64,000 nucleotides of DNA from Paramoeba atlantica (Eukaryota; Protista; Discosea). Below, one piece after another: positions 46,913 to 57,317 of the stretch. The DNA lies in assembly GCA_977017575.1 (NCBI GenBank), contig CDRNVI010000009.1, positions 1 through 64,000 on the forward strand, in the 5' to 3' direction. The position numbers and the translations under genes were made by a program. Under the pieces are notes generated by a model. The model saw only the letters and a list, made by a program, of their open reading frames with translations. It was not told the origin of the DNA and did not search any database. How positions within the stretch are numbered: the stretch's first letter is position 1; the number at the start of each line of letters is the position of its first letter.

Positions 46913-47347
46913 TGGAAAGCGTAGGTGCTTTTGTGTGTACTTATGTTTTGAAATATATTTAATGCTTAACTGTTTACCGAACGATCTGTACTAAAACATT
47001 TTCGATGTACGCTGTGGTTGTTTTGAGCAAGAGAAATATCATTGCTTACGTATGTGCTTTGCGTTGAAACTTTTTGTTTATAGAGAAGTTTGATTTCTTT
47101 GATAAAAGTTAAATCAAGAAGCAAGCTCACGGTACGAAACTCAGGACCTTTCCCCCCTTGCCTCACCCCCGCACCCATTCCCTTCGCAATGGAGGAAAAT
47201 GAGCCATAAATCGTTGCTCCTCCATTGCGTTGTCCAGAATTAAACTCATCGGCCCATTGGCATTATTCCGGACCTCATCACTGGAGCTTAGCATGGCCGA
47301 GACCTCAATCTCGTCATGGCCCTCCAACACCACTTTTTGACAGTGCC

Positions 47348-48007
47348 TTATCTCAGCGCCGCCGTGGCATCCGCGACGCTTTCAAATTGTACAAGCGCCT
47401 TGGTGACTTTCTGTGGAGGCGCTCCTGGAGCGGCCAGCACAATCACTTTCCGCATGTGCGGTACGCCATAAAAAAGTTGAAAAAGTAAAAAAGGGGTAAT
47501 CGGGAGCAAACCCCCAGCCCCGCAGCGTACCCGGGTGATACGCACAAACAGCGTTCGCACGAGTAGACTGGTTTGTTTACGAGCGTAGTCCACAAAGAAG
47601 CTCCACCCGGTCCGCGGGTCGGTGATTTTTTCAAGTCTCACCAGCTGCGCGGCCGCTTTTCCCGAGACCATCTGGACAAACGCCTGGCGCCTCTCCTCAT
47701 TATGTTGAATGGACTCGATTTTATAATCGGGACCGAAGGATTGTAGAATTCGCGCCATTTCGTATTCATGCGTGTGACAGGAGAGATTGCGAAGATGTAT
47801 AATTTTTTTCGGAGCCTCCACGAGGGTATCGACAAGGGAGAGGCTCGGGGGGAGGGAGGAGAGATCCGGGAACTCGACATCTTGGTAGCAAACACGGCAG
47901 GTGAGACGGATGCGGGAGAGCGGGGTCTCGGCCTCCGGTTTGAAGTAGGTGATGGGGGAGGGGAGACGTCGAAGCCACTCGTTGTGGTTGCAGGGAAGGG
48001 AAACCAT
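47348..48007 (-). CDS. PTB/hnRNP-L-like two-RRM protein, probably continuing by a 1-nt frameshift to 47163
   Basis: KIIHLRNL...RQAFVQM and TLFVRI...PIT..LLFQLF...KALVQFESVADA match PTB RRM1/RRM2. The stop falls inside RRM2, and a shifted frame continues HCQKVVLEGHDEIEVSAMLS... Confidence 0.7.
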   Translation of the reverse strand: MVSLPCNHNEWLRRLPSPITYFKPEAETPLSRIRLTCRVCYQDVEFPDLSSLPPSLSLVDTLVEAPKKIIHLRNLSCHTHEYEMARILQSFGPDYKIESIQHNEERRQAFVQMVSGKAAAQLVRLEKITDPRTGWSFFVDYARKQTSLLVRTLFVRITRVRCGAGGLLPITPFLLFQLFYGVPHMRKVIVLAAPGAPPQKVTKALVQFESVADATAALR

Positions 48008-48499
48008 GTGTTGGTCCTATTGTATTCGTACGCGAAGAATTATACCTCTATAGAAAAGAAATGGATCTAAAGTTGTGTGTAGGTTTTAACGGTCACGGTG
48101 AATAGTTGTGCAGATGAGATACTCTGATTCTAGGGTGAAATCGATAACGATGTGTAGAGAAAAAGTGCTAAATGGGAGCGAAGTTTGTACTATCTTCTAG
48201 ATTTTATGCTCTATTTTTTCGGTTATACGACAGGAAAATCGAGAACAGTGAACACACTGCCTCTGTTTTCCAAAATGAACCTCCTCAGAGTGTCCTGATC
48301 TCAATAAATGTTGAGAAAATTATACTGCATTACTAAACTACAGTACTATTGTGTGAATATTGTACTAACACGCATTTACGCCTTGCCCGCTGTTTATGAA
48401 GCTTGACGCCTAGAATTGCATTCCTTAACCATGAAAAAGAAATACTCTTTCGACATAGGCTCAACGACTCTATGTTCTACTATTTTCTTTTTTGACTCT

Positions 48500-51400
48500 T
48501 TAACCCTGCGGACTACCCAACGACCCACCCAGCTCCTTCCGTACTCTCGCGCGTAACAACCGCATGACATAGCGTCCCACCAGCGTGCGCACAAAAGCCA
48601 ATGCCGTGGCCTTTGCCTGCTCCACCCCACGTGGGGTAAACCATAAAATATTCTGTCCAGGAAAGGGGTACCCGGCTGTGGAGACTTCCTCACTTTTTGC
48701 AGAAGGGACAGCAACCTCTGGCCCAGCCTGTTGTTTCAAAACTTGCGTATTTTCAAAACTTGAGGGCACACAACCGGAGGGGAGCCTCTCGCAGTAGACC
48801 AGCACCAGCTGACACGCTGCCGAGGCACTTTTCGGCGACTTTTTTCTAAGATTCTCAACCTCTCGTAAATCTCTTTCCCAATTCGGCTCAGAGGTAATCA
48901 ACAGCACCGGCCGGGAGGGTTCCTCCACCAGAAGATACGGGTGCGTACCCATTAACGCCGCAACCGAGGGGACATCCACCACACTCGCATCCAGCAGCCC
49001 TGGACCCCGAAACAGCAGCTTTGGGGCCGAGCTCCCTAATCTCCCTCCCTGGAGGATTTCCTCCACCTCACCCCCCTCTAGCTTTTTCTCCTCGAGAGGT
49101 CTTGAAAATTGATCCTTTCGGTTCGCGTAACCCAAATGTGGCAAATTGGATAAATTCATTCCCTTTTCCTTTTTCTCTTTATCCCTATCCCTCTGTTTTC
49201 CTTCCTCTCCCTCTCCCCCCTCGGCTTCACCAACCTGTGTCACCTGGAGTCGAGCATAATCCGTAGGTTCACTACGCAGCTCCAGACACACACAACGGTG
49301 GCAGGGGCGTGTCATGGCCAACCCCAGCGCGGGGTAGATGTTCCCCACATCGACCGTCTCGGGGTTCTCTTCCCCTTCTCCTTCTCTCCCCCCCACTTGT
49401 CTTCCCCCAATGATAATGACTTGCGGAAAATCACAAGTCCTCACAAACTCCGGGAGCAGCTGAGCTCTTAACACCCGGAGGTACCCCGCGAGGGTGTGGG
49501 GCCGAAACCGTTCCAGAACGGCTGGCCCCCGCAGGAGCGCCGTGGGAAAACAAAGATGTAAGTCCCGTAGAAAAATATCCCCCGGGGTCCCGGGAGGGGC
49601 GTGGACGACAAAAGGAGTGAGAAACCTTTGTGGAACACAAGAAGAATTCGGGTTTTGTGAATTCAAACAGGAATTCGGGTTTTGTGAATCCAAGCAAGAA
49701 TTCGAGTTTTGTGAATCCAAGCAAGAATTCGGGTTTTGTGAATTCAAACAGGAATTTGGGTTTTGTGGAACAAAACAAGAATTCGAGTTTTGTGAATCCC
49801 AACCAGAGTTCTTGTTTTGTGAATCCCAATAAGAGTTCTTGTTTTGTGAATCCCAACAAGAGTTCTTGTCTTGTGAATCCCAACAAGAGTTCTTGTTTTG
49901 TGAATCCCAACAAGAGTTCTTGTTTTGTGAATCCCAACTCGAATTTGGTTTTTGCGAATCCCAACAAGAATTCCGGTTTTGTGAATCCAAACCATTCGGA
50001 TTGGTTGGGGAGAAAAGAGAAAAACCTTTTTGATTTGTTGTTGTTGTTGTTTTCAACGAGGCGTAACCCCCGAGGCGGTGCCAGGGCTCGATACGGAGCC
50101 CGGCCCCGGGCTGGGGATCCACCACGTAGCCTCGGGGCTCGACTTTTTTATTTATCTCGGCCAGGGTGAGCCCTTGGCCGCTCTCACGCTCTTCTGTTCG
50201 AGGGAGCTGCACGACCACACTTATGGGGTCATGGGGGCGAACCAACCGCAGACGTTGGTATAGGGTACTCTGGGTACTGTCCGCGGGGGTGAGGGTGAAC
50301 GGGGGGAGCCACACCCCGTAGTCCGGGTAGGGGCCTTTGAGGAGCGTAAGCAACCCGTCGAGCCCGGAGAGCAGGGAGGCGTTTTGGGCAGAGCTCCGCA
50401 CCGCGAATTGTCCGTTTTGGGCCGCGCAGATGGGCTCGACCTGGGTGGCGAATCCAAGGACGCGGAGGAGGGCGACGACAAAGCTTGCGGGTTGGTGGGC
50501 GACGTGGTCGATGAGGATTTCGACATCTTCTTTGAAGGCGGAGGAAGAAGAAGAAGAAGATGTTGGTGAAATGGTGCCTCGAACTCTTGAAGATAAAGAT
50601 GAAGAGTTTTTGGTAAAGGAGGAGGTTGTGGAGGAAAAAGAAGAAGATCCGCGAGAGGATCTTAAACAAGGTGAGGGGGTGCGGATGCGCGCCCTGCCCA
50701 CGTACCGCAGAGCGGAGGAGGCAAAGGGGGGGATTTTGGTTGCAACCCTGTTGTTCGTGGTTTGGGGATCATTGTTTTGAGTTTCTCCATCGTCTACTGA
50801 GGCATCGCTGGGGTTCGATGCGTCTGGGGGATAGTGGGCCAGGGCAAGACGAATCATTTCCTTGGCCACGCGCTCACGTGTGGTGAGACCCCAGACCAGG
50901 TTCTCGGTAACGGTGCGAGGGGTTAGACCGTCCCGGTGGGGATGAAATCGCAGACAGGCGTTGTCTGGGAAGCTCTCCGCAGGTCGGGAAGAGTTTTTTT
51001 CCAATAGGCAGGTCTGAGAACTGATTTCATAGCGGTCGCAGTCGGAGGTGCAGAATCCATACCACGGGATAGGCTTCCCTACTCGGGCGGGGTGAAGCCA
51101 GATGACATCGTCACAGGAGTTCCCGCGCACGATGGTTCGAAGAGATAAGAGGTACGAAAGATTAGGGTCGGAGACGGGAAAACTCTCATTTGTGGTGGCA
51201 TGGTGGGAGTAGGTCGATTCAGCAGAAGGAAAGGCCTCGGAAAAAATGGGAAAATCGCCAGGATTCACCCCATGCGAGGGAGCATGTCCCGAGAAAGAGC
51301 TGAAGATCGGAACCCCACCTCCTTCCACAGCCCCTGAATAGGCGACAGTAGGCTGTGGGGGAAGCGATCCCCATTCACATGGGTACGTCGCAACTTGACT

Positions 51401-52582
51401 CCCCACACCATTTTCCACGCCTTGAGCATTCCCCTCTACATATTTATCCTCTCCCCAGAAAGGCATTTCTACCCCATTCCCCCCCTCTGTCCAAGCCCTC
51501 CCTGTCGTCCCCCATCCCTCGCTCCCCACCTTCGTGGCCTCCCCCCCTTTTCCTTTCCCCTCCCCCCCGTGTCGCACCAGCTCACGAACCACGGCCCCAC
51601 CGTACCCCTTCCCGAGCCTGAGGTTCTCCCGGGCTTTCTCCACCAACGCCCGGGTCACGGCCTCCATGGTGGTAATCCCGCGCGCGAGATTCTCATGGAA
51701 GCCTCGGGGCCGAGACCCGTCCCGGCCTTTGTGGAAGTACTTACACACGTTGTTGGGGAACGCGTGGCCCCGGAGTCCCCCTTTCACGGAGATCGGGGTC
51801 TCCTCGTGGAGGCAGATCCCGGTCTCGGGGTTGTAGTTGTTGCACTGACGCACTTGGAACCCGGCCCACTGGTTTTGGGTTTTACGCTCGGGGGGACGAG
51901 CGCCAGGGGGGTGGGGGTTGGATGAGGATAATGGGGGCGTTCTGTTTTTGTGGAGAGCGCTCAGGGAGGGCGTTCCCAAGGCTTGATGTTTAGGATCAAA
52001 GATTGGGGAGGAAGATGAACCTAAAAAAGTGTGGGTTTGTGAAATAGGTTTTGTTTGGGTGGTGGATGAATGGGTGGCTCCCAAGGCTTGATTTTTAGGA
52101 TCAAAGATTGGGGAGGAAGATGAAGAAGAACCTAAAAAGGTGTTGATTTCCGAATTAGGTTTTGCTTGGGTGGTGGAGTTAGGAGAGATGGGCGTTGGGA
52201 TAGGGGAATGGGTTTCTGTAGGTGGGGTAGTGGATGAATTCGATGGTTGGGTATTTCCGAAAGGTGGGCTGAGACATAGAGGGAGGGTTGCGCTCGCCCT
52301 CCATGTGGATTCGATGGGAGGGTTTACAGAACGGGAGAAAACGGGGGAGCAGAGAGGAGAGAGGCGGGTCATGGGCTCGTGACCGGGTAGCGAAGGACTG
52401 GTGGAGTTGTGCAAAGAATTTCTGTTCCTATTACCTCGAGGACGGGAGACGAACTGTTTCCATCGAGCCGTAACGTTGGGGTTGGCTTGAGATGGTGAGT
52501 TCTTTAGTTCTTCAACTTCGTTTGACTGTGAAGATGCGTTGAATTTCGCGTTAGATTGCTCCATGCTTGAATTTTCACTCAT
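48500..52582 (-). CDS. 1360-aa hypothetical protein with two atypical CCCH-like domains and a 9-aa tandem repeat
   Basis: Uninterrupted 4.08-kb ORF on the gene-bearing strand; internal duplicated domain at ~51632-51844 and ~50841-51040. Confidence 0.85.
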   Translation of the reverse strand: MSENSSMEQSNAKFNASSQSNEVEELKNSPSQANPNVTARWKQFVSRPRGNRNRNSLHNSTSPSLPGHEPMTRLSPLCSPVFSRSVNPPIESTWRASATLPLCLSPPFGNTQPSNSSTTPPTETHSPIPTPISPNSTTQAKPNSEINTFLGSSSSSSPIFDPKNQALGATHSSTTQTKPISQTHTFLGSSSSPIFDPKHQALGTPSLSALHKNRTPPLSSSNPHPPGARPPERKTQNQWAGFQVRQCNNYNPETGICLHEETPISVKGGLRGHAFPNNVCKYFHKGRDGSRPRGFHENLARGITTMEAVTRALVEKARENLRLGKGYGGAVVRELVRHGGEGKGKGGEATKVGSEGWGTTGRAWTEGGNGVEMPFWGEDKYVEGNAQGVENGVGSQVATYPCEWGSLPPQPTVAYSGAVEGGGVPIFSSFSGHAPSHGVNPGDFPIFSEAFPSAESTYSHHATTNESFPVSDPNLSYLLSLRTIVRGNSCDDVIWLHPARVGKPIPWYGFCTSDCDRYEISSQTCLLEKNSSRPAESFPDNACLRFHPHRDGLTPRTVTENLVWGLTTRERVAKEMIRLALAHYPPDASNPSDASVDDGETQNNDPQTTNNRVATKIPPFASSALRYVGRARIRTPSPCLRSSRGSSSFSSTTSSFTKNSSSLSSRVRGTISPTSSSSSSSAFKEDVEILIDHVAHQPASFVVALLRVLGFATQVEPICAAQNGQFAVRSSAQNASLLSGLDGLLTLLKGPYPDYGVWLPPFTLTPADSTQSTLYQRLRLVRPHDPISVVVQLPRTEERESGQGLTLAEINKKVEPRGYVVDPQPGAGLRIEPWHRLGGYASLKTTTTTNQKGFSLFSPTNPNGLDSQNRNSCWDSQKPNSSWDSQNKNSCWDSQNKNSCWDSQDKNSCWDSQNKNSYWDSQNKNSGWDSQNSNSCFVPQNPNSCLNSQNPNSCLDSQNSNSCLDSQNPNSCLNSQNPNSSCVPQRFLTPFVVHAPPGTPGDIFLRDLHLCFPTALLRGPAVLERFRPHTLAGYLRVLRAQLLPEFVRTCDFPQVIIIGGRQVGGREGEGEENPETVDVGNIYPALGLAMTRPCHRCVCLELRSEPTDYARLQVTQVGEAEGGEGEEGKQRDRDKEKKEKGMNLSNLPHLGYANRKDQFSRPLEEKKLEGGEVEEILQGGRLGSSAPKLLFRGPGLLDASVVDVPSVAALMGTHPYLLVEEPSRPVLLITSEPNWERDLREVENLRKKSPKSASAACQLVLVYCERLPSGCVPSSFENTQVLKQQAGPEVAVPSAKSEEVSTAGYPFPGQNILWFTPRGVEQAKATALAFVRTLVGRYVMRLLRARVRKELGGSLGSPQG
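49637..49987 (-). repeat. Coding minisatellite, 13 x 27 bp (DSQNKNSCW grading to DSQNPNSCL)
   Basis: Unit gtgaatcccaacaagagttcttgtttt on +; 13 in-frame units counted. Confidence 0.95.
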
Positions 52583-53849
52583 TTTCGCCCCGAAATTATA
52601 CCTCTTTATGACTCGAACGAATACACTCTGTTTTCCTGATAAGACGTTTGTGGCGCTGAAAATTCAACTCAGAGTCATGTTGAAGTCAAGGAGAACTGCT
52701 GATGATGTTGGTACTATGAATACACACTTTACGTACTTTGGATGAGCAACGTACTTTGGGTGAATTATAATCGTATTGTAAATATCGTGAGTAGTTAGGA
52801 AATTTGTCAAAAAAGTTGGGAGACAAGAGAAAACTGGCCAAAAAAGCATACTCCCCCAGTAAGAGAGATTTGGCCATTTTTACCGAAAATCGATTCTCCT
52901 ACTGGGGGGTCTACGGTACCCCCGAAAACTCTACAAAATGGGACTAACCTTTAAAGAGCTACACGACTTGTTTTTATTTGGCTACAGAGAAAGGGTACAG
53001 TGAAAGGGAGCGGACTTGGATCTGGAGAGTGGTTGGACGACCTCAAAACGAGATCACGTGAGATCATGCGAGATCATATCCGCAGCCCCTCAATTGAAGT
53101 CCTTGGAGAAAAAAATCAATGTCAAGGATGCAGCTATCAAGAGGCTATACGTAACAAACTCTGTAAAACTAAACGAAAGGTAAGAACTCTTGAAAAACAA
53201 GTGGGTTGTCTGACGAAGAAAAATCAAAGAAAATGGCATCTAACTGTTCTTTTCAAACTGCCTGGCAGCTTAACTCAGTCTGGGTTGTTTGACGTTCAAT
53301 TGACCGTCGCTTCAACGAGAGAGAGAAAAAGAACGAATATGCGCCCATTTTTACCAAAAATAAGAAACATTCTGTTTTTCTTACTTTGTTCCACACCACC
53401 TTTTTAGAGTTAGCACGACTTTCTTTGACATAGATTGAGGGACTGCGGGCATGATCTTGCGTGATCTTACGACCACGTCAAAAAAGTTTCGCACCGCTTC
53501 GCGGCGCGTTGGTCGCTACCAATATGTCTGATTTGATTATAAACCCCGCGTCATGAAAAGTGACCGCCCCACTTTTGTTTCTTACAAAAGTCCGTTTGAG
53601 CTAATTTTTGTGGAATTTTGCAGATCTCACAATAGGAGCTTTGCGCGCTTATTAGCGGGCAACAGAGAACACCAATTATTTATAACGTACAATTACAAAA
53701 TTTTCGCCTTTCAATCTTATACACTTCACACTTAAATAAAATGGAGGTGATTTTTTTGATACATTTTCATTGGTCCCTACCCGAACGAATTTTCGACTCC
53801 CAACATGTGACTTGCACATCTGAGATTGGACACTTCTGTGCTTTATTTG

Positions 53850-54479
53850 TCAGAAGACTACGCCGTTAGGAATAAAGTCCGGTACTTCAAAACGATTTCT
53901 ACTAAGAAGTATCTTGAGATCAGATGAAACTCCTGTGAAATCCAATGGTCCATTCAACAAGTTGTCTCTGAGATCAAGCTTTCTTAAAGATGCCGGAAGG
54001 CGCGTGAGATCAATTCCGCCATAAAATTCGTTGTCATCTAAGGAAAGGATTTCCAGCGCCCTGGGCAAATCGGTAAGATCTATGCATCCATAAAATTTAT
54101 TCATACTGACGTCGAACTTCGCTAACGACTCTGGAAGTGAGGAAAAGTTTATAGTACCCGTCAAATTCTGCCAATATGCTACGAAGGAAACAAGCGTCCG
54201 GGGTATATGTTCCCACTGCGGTGTGCCTTCTACACTAGGATAGTCGGAGTCAAGAAATCCGCTATTCCAGTGAAGATGAGTCACTTGCATTTCGCTGTTA
54301 CACTCAACATGGTCCCACTCACATGCGGGTGTCGACTCACTCCACGATTTTTCTGAAGTGGTTACATTACTTATGAATCGCACGAGAGTACACTCCTGTG
54401 GTAACAGAGAGCCATGGACCTTTCGAGGACGAGATGCGCCGTCCTTTGTCAGCAAGAATGTGCTAGGCATACAGAGCAT
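53850..54479 (-). CDS. LRR-only family protein, copy 13
   Basis: RPRKVHGSLLPQECTL...TPACEWDHVEC, LRRs; ATG may be at 54470. Confidence 0.88.
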   Translation of the reverse strand: MLCMPSTFLLTKDGASRPRKVHGSLLPQECTLVRFISNVTTSEKSWSESTPACEWDHVECNSEMQVTHLHWNSGFLDSDYPSVEGTPQWEHIPRTLVSFVAYWQNLTGTINFSSLPESLAKFDVSMNKFYGCIDLTDLPRALEILSLDDNEFYGGIDLTRLPASLRKLDLRDNLLNGPLDFTGVSSDLKILLSRNRFEVPDFIPNGVVF

Positions 54480-55015
54480 ATTGAAATGTGAAACTGAAAA
54501 ACTCCAAAAACCTCGTTAGAAGATGGTTTGGCGATAATTGGAAGACGAAAATGTTCCTCAATGTTGGTCGCAGACCACACACTTACGAGAGGTTCCGCAA
54601 GCGTTTTTAATCTTTTTAGAGAGTTATACATGTGTAATTATTAATGAGAGTAGTAAATATTAGGAAAGTAGAAACTAGAAAACTAAATCATGCTCCGGGT
54701 TTATAAACCTACCAGGTACAATACATGTACGTCTGTATTCAGGGGTGAGCACGAATAGTGCGTTAGAGAGCTCTCGCAGAGTTACGCCTTTTTTACCTTT
54801 TCTTGTGGTGACACATACTGTGCCCCCCCACTTACATGCCCCCCCACTTATTGTATTTGTCACCTGTTTTTCGAAAAAAAGGGACAAATAAGTAGGGGGG
54901 GGGTTAGGCTATGACAATTAAGTGGGGGTCAAAATACTTTTATAAACCCCCGTCCGGGTTAATGTACCCCCCCGGTACAGTAACTAGATACAGGTACAAT
55001 ACGTCGCGACCGGTA

Positions 55016-56560
55016 CAGTAAAACCTCCGAAAAATAACGAAAATAGTGAAAAAAAAACTGGTGACGCATCTCTATTCTCATGTCTTCGCTGGTAAAATAA
55101 AAAGGCCATGATAACGAAGGCAGGTAGCAAAAGTAAGCGGCTGCGGAAATTTAATCACGACAGGGAAGTGCACGGGAAATTGTGCTCTATATTACAGAGA
55201 CATTGTATGATTACTAAGGAAATGGTTCATGATGCCATGCAAAAATATGGCGCCTTCTCAGAAGGTCTTCCGATAGGGGAAAAGAGCGTATCTACAAAAA
55301 GTTTAAGATTTTTTTTGAATCACAGGAAAAGCATCACATATCTCAGAGCAAAATCGCCGACAGAATACAGCAATAGGCAAATCACTTGTATACTCAGCAT
55401 AGTGTCAGAAACTATCCATACGCGTTTTTCGGAGATGAAACAAGTTTGAGCGTCGGTGGGGAGGTCCGCGAACGAACCCTTGCTCCAAAAGGTGTGCACA
55501 ATGTAAGAGTGAGTGGAAATAATGCCAAGGAAACTCTTACCGTTTTTCTTGCTCGCCTGTACGACATAAAAGAAAAAAGGGTCTACCGGCTTCCACCTAC
55601 CATCATTTTCACTTCATCAGCACAGGAAGCAGCAAAATCGCGTGTCCTACATTGTACAGGAAGTTACCCGTATAGCGGGCACCATGAACCACGCGGTATA
55701 CGTCGAAGTAACTAATTCAGGGTACATCTTTTCACTCATCTTTTAAAAAAATATATTAACAACATCAGTGGTCATAAACCGCCGACTGCGATTTTGGTGG
55801 ATGATTACACAGCACATCGTACCACAGACCTACAAACTGCGACATGCATCGCGTTCCCGGTGCTGGTACTCCCTATAGTCAAGGAAAAAGGGATATACAA
55901 GGAAAAATATAAATATTTCATCAACAATTTTAAAAAACAGCGAGTGAAAAAGGGATGACCCTCTTCCGGCTAGCCTTTACGGCCTTCGGAATCCCGGGTA
56001 ACATGACACTCTCCCTTTTACGTAAATTGGGGAGACAAGCAACCAACCCATCGGGCTTCATGGAGCACGCCATCATGTCCATCGGCGTCCCCATCCAGCG
56101 CGGAAACGCTCAGATGTTGAGAGCTGCCGCGGCAATGAAGGTGGGGGACACGGTGTGGTAGGGATTCTGAAGAGGAATCTTGTTTATTAAATTTACATCT
56201 ATCGCACCTTTTTGTTATGAAGGGTTGAATAATTCTTGCCTCCATCGTGGTCTAATTCACCTCTTGTAAATAGTTTTTCTTTGAAATGAATAGGCTTATC
56301 TTCCAGAGATTTTAAGAGAATTTACCATCGCGCACTGAAGAAGTGGAAGGCTGAATATCCGTCCATTAGAAAAGTGCCCAGAGCGGTATTCATGAATCTT
56401 ATTTACTACGCTCATGAAAAAACATGGGAGTGGTACCGCGAAAGAAATATTAAAATTTCAACTCAGTTAATTTTCAATCCACTGACTAGTCACCAGTGGA
56501 GTTGGAATGATTGTAATGTCCCATCTTCAGAAGAGAAAATTAAACAGAAGCAAGATCATG
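55016..56560 (+). pseudogene. pogo-like (DDE_1) transposon remnant, interrupted
   Basis: ta|cagtaaaacctccg left end; FFGDETSL, RTLAPKG...KETLTVFLA...LPPTIIF, ILVDDYTAH, then FKRIYHRALKKW...PRAVFMNL after the CRE fragment. Confidence 0.7.
55940..56161 (+). mobile_element. 3' fragment of a second CRE-like retrotransposon
   Basis: LAFTAFGIPG..TL.LLRKLG...FMEHAI..I.VPIQRGNAQML matches the C-terminus of 31872-33863. Confidence 0.75.
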
Positions 56561-56989
56561 ACGAAAAAATTCTTTCAAGCTCAAAACCTTTTAGAATACC
56601 ACCTTTCGTTGCGCGTGCAGCTCTGGAATCAATTTCTAGCTCTCGAATCTCCAAACCAACACAGCCTTCTCTTGCCCCCCAACTATCAGAGCAGTCTCCG
56701 AAAGTAAATAAATGGGCACGTCTGCGACGAAAAGGTGCGAAGCTTGCTTGGTCCCTCCACCAAGCTTGACATTCTTTGCGATAGACTTTTTTCTTGTTTA
56801 TAAGGAGAAATTTCCTTCTGAAGATGTAATTTTCTGGAATGTGCAGACTATGCTTCTTATTATGGGACGGGCCGAATTTCATTCTCAAGTCTCACATAGC
56901 ACATATTATGTATAAAAAATCTTATTCCTCACAGGACGAAAGCTCTTGATCATCTCCCGAACAAGAGCAATAACTCTCGCTGGCGTCAT

Positions 56990-57310
56990 CGAGAAAATTG
57001 CAGTAGAAGTAAAGTGAATTGCAGTAGAAGTGAAGTACTGCAGTATACACTGCAACAAGTTCGCAAATCTAATCTGCCACGCTTGCTTTCGTTCAGTTTT
57101 ACCATAACCAAACTTTACACATTGCAGAGCAACGTTTCGTTGGATATCCATAGATGATGCCCCATAATTGTAATGTTGCTGCTTCACCCATTGTTTAAAG
57201 GTTTTGTGAGCAGCCTCAGCATGATTTGTATGATGGCCTGCGAGCGTGATAAACTCTTTGCTGCGGTTGACTGTATAGTGGCGGCAGTAGTCACCGAGAT
57301 GCAGATATCA
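56990..57310 (-). pseudogene. Third Merlin transposase fragment (C-terminal)
   Basis: YLHLGDYCRHYTVN...HTNHAEAAHKTFKQWVKQQHYNYG...VALQCVKFGYGKTERK, collinear with 5410-5700. Confidence 0.8.
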
Positions 57311-57317
57311 TTACTTA

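Noticed and set aside
49637-49987. CRISPR-like array
   Set aside because: Units are contiguous without unique spacers, lie in frame in a CDS, and there are no cas genes in this eukaryotic context.
49431-50169. Overlapping repeat-rich ORFs in other frames and strands
   Set aside because: Shadows of the 27-bp repeat, whose unit length is a multiple of three, inside the 1360-aa gene.
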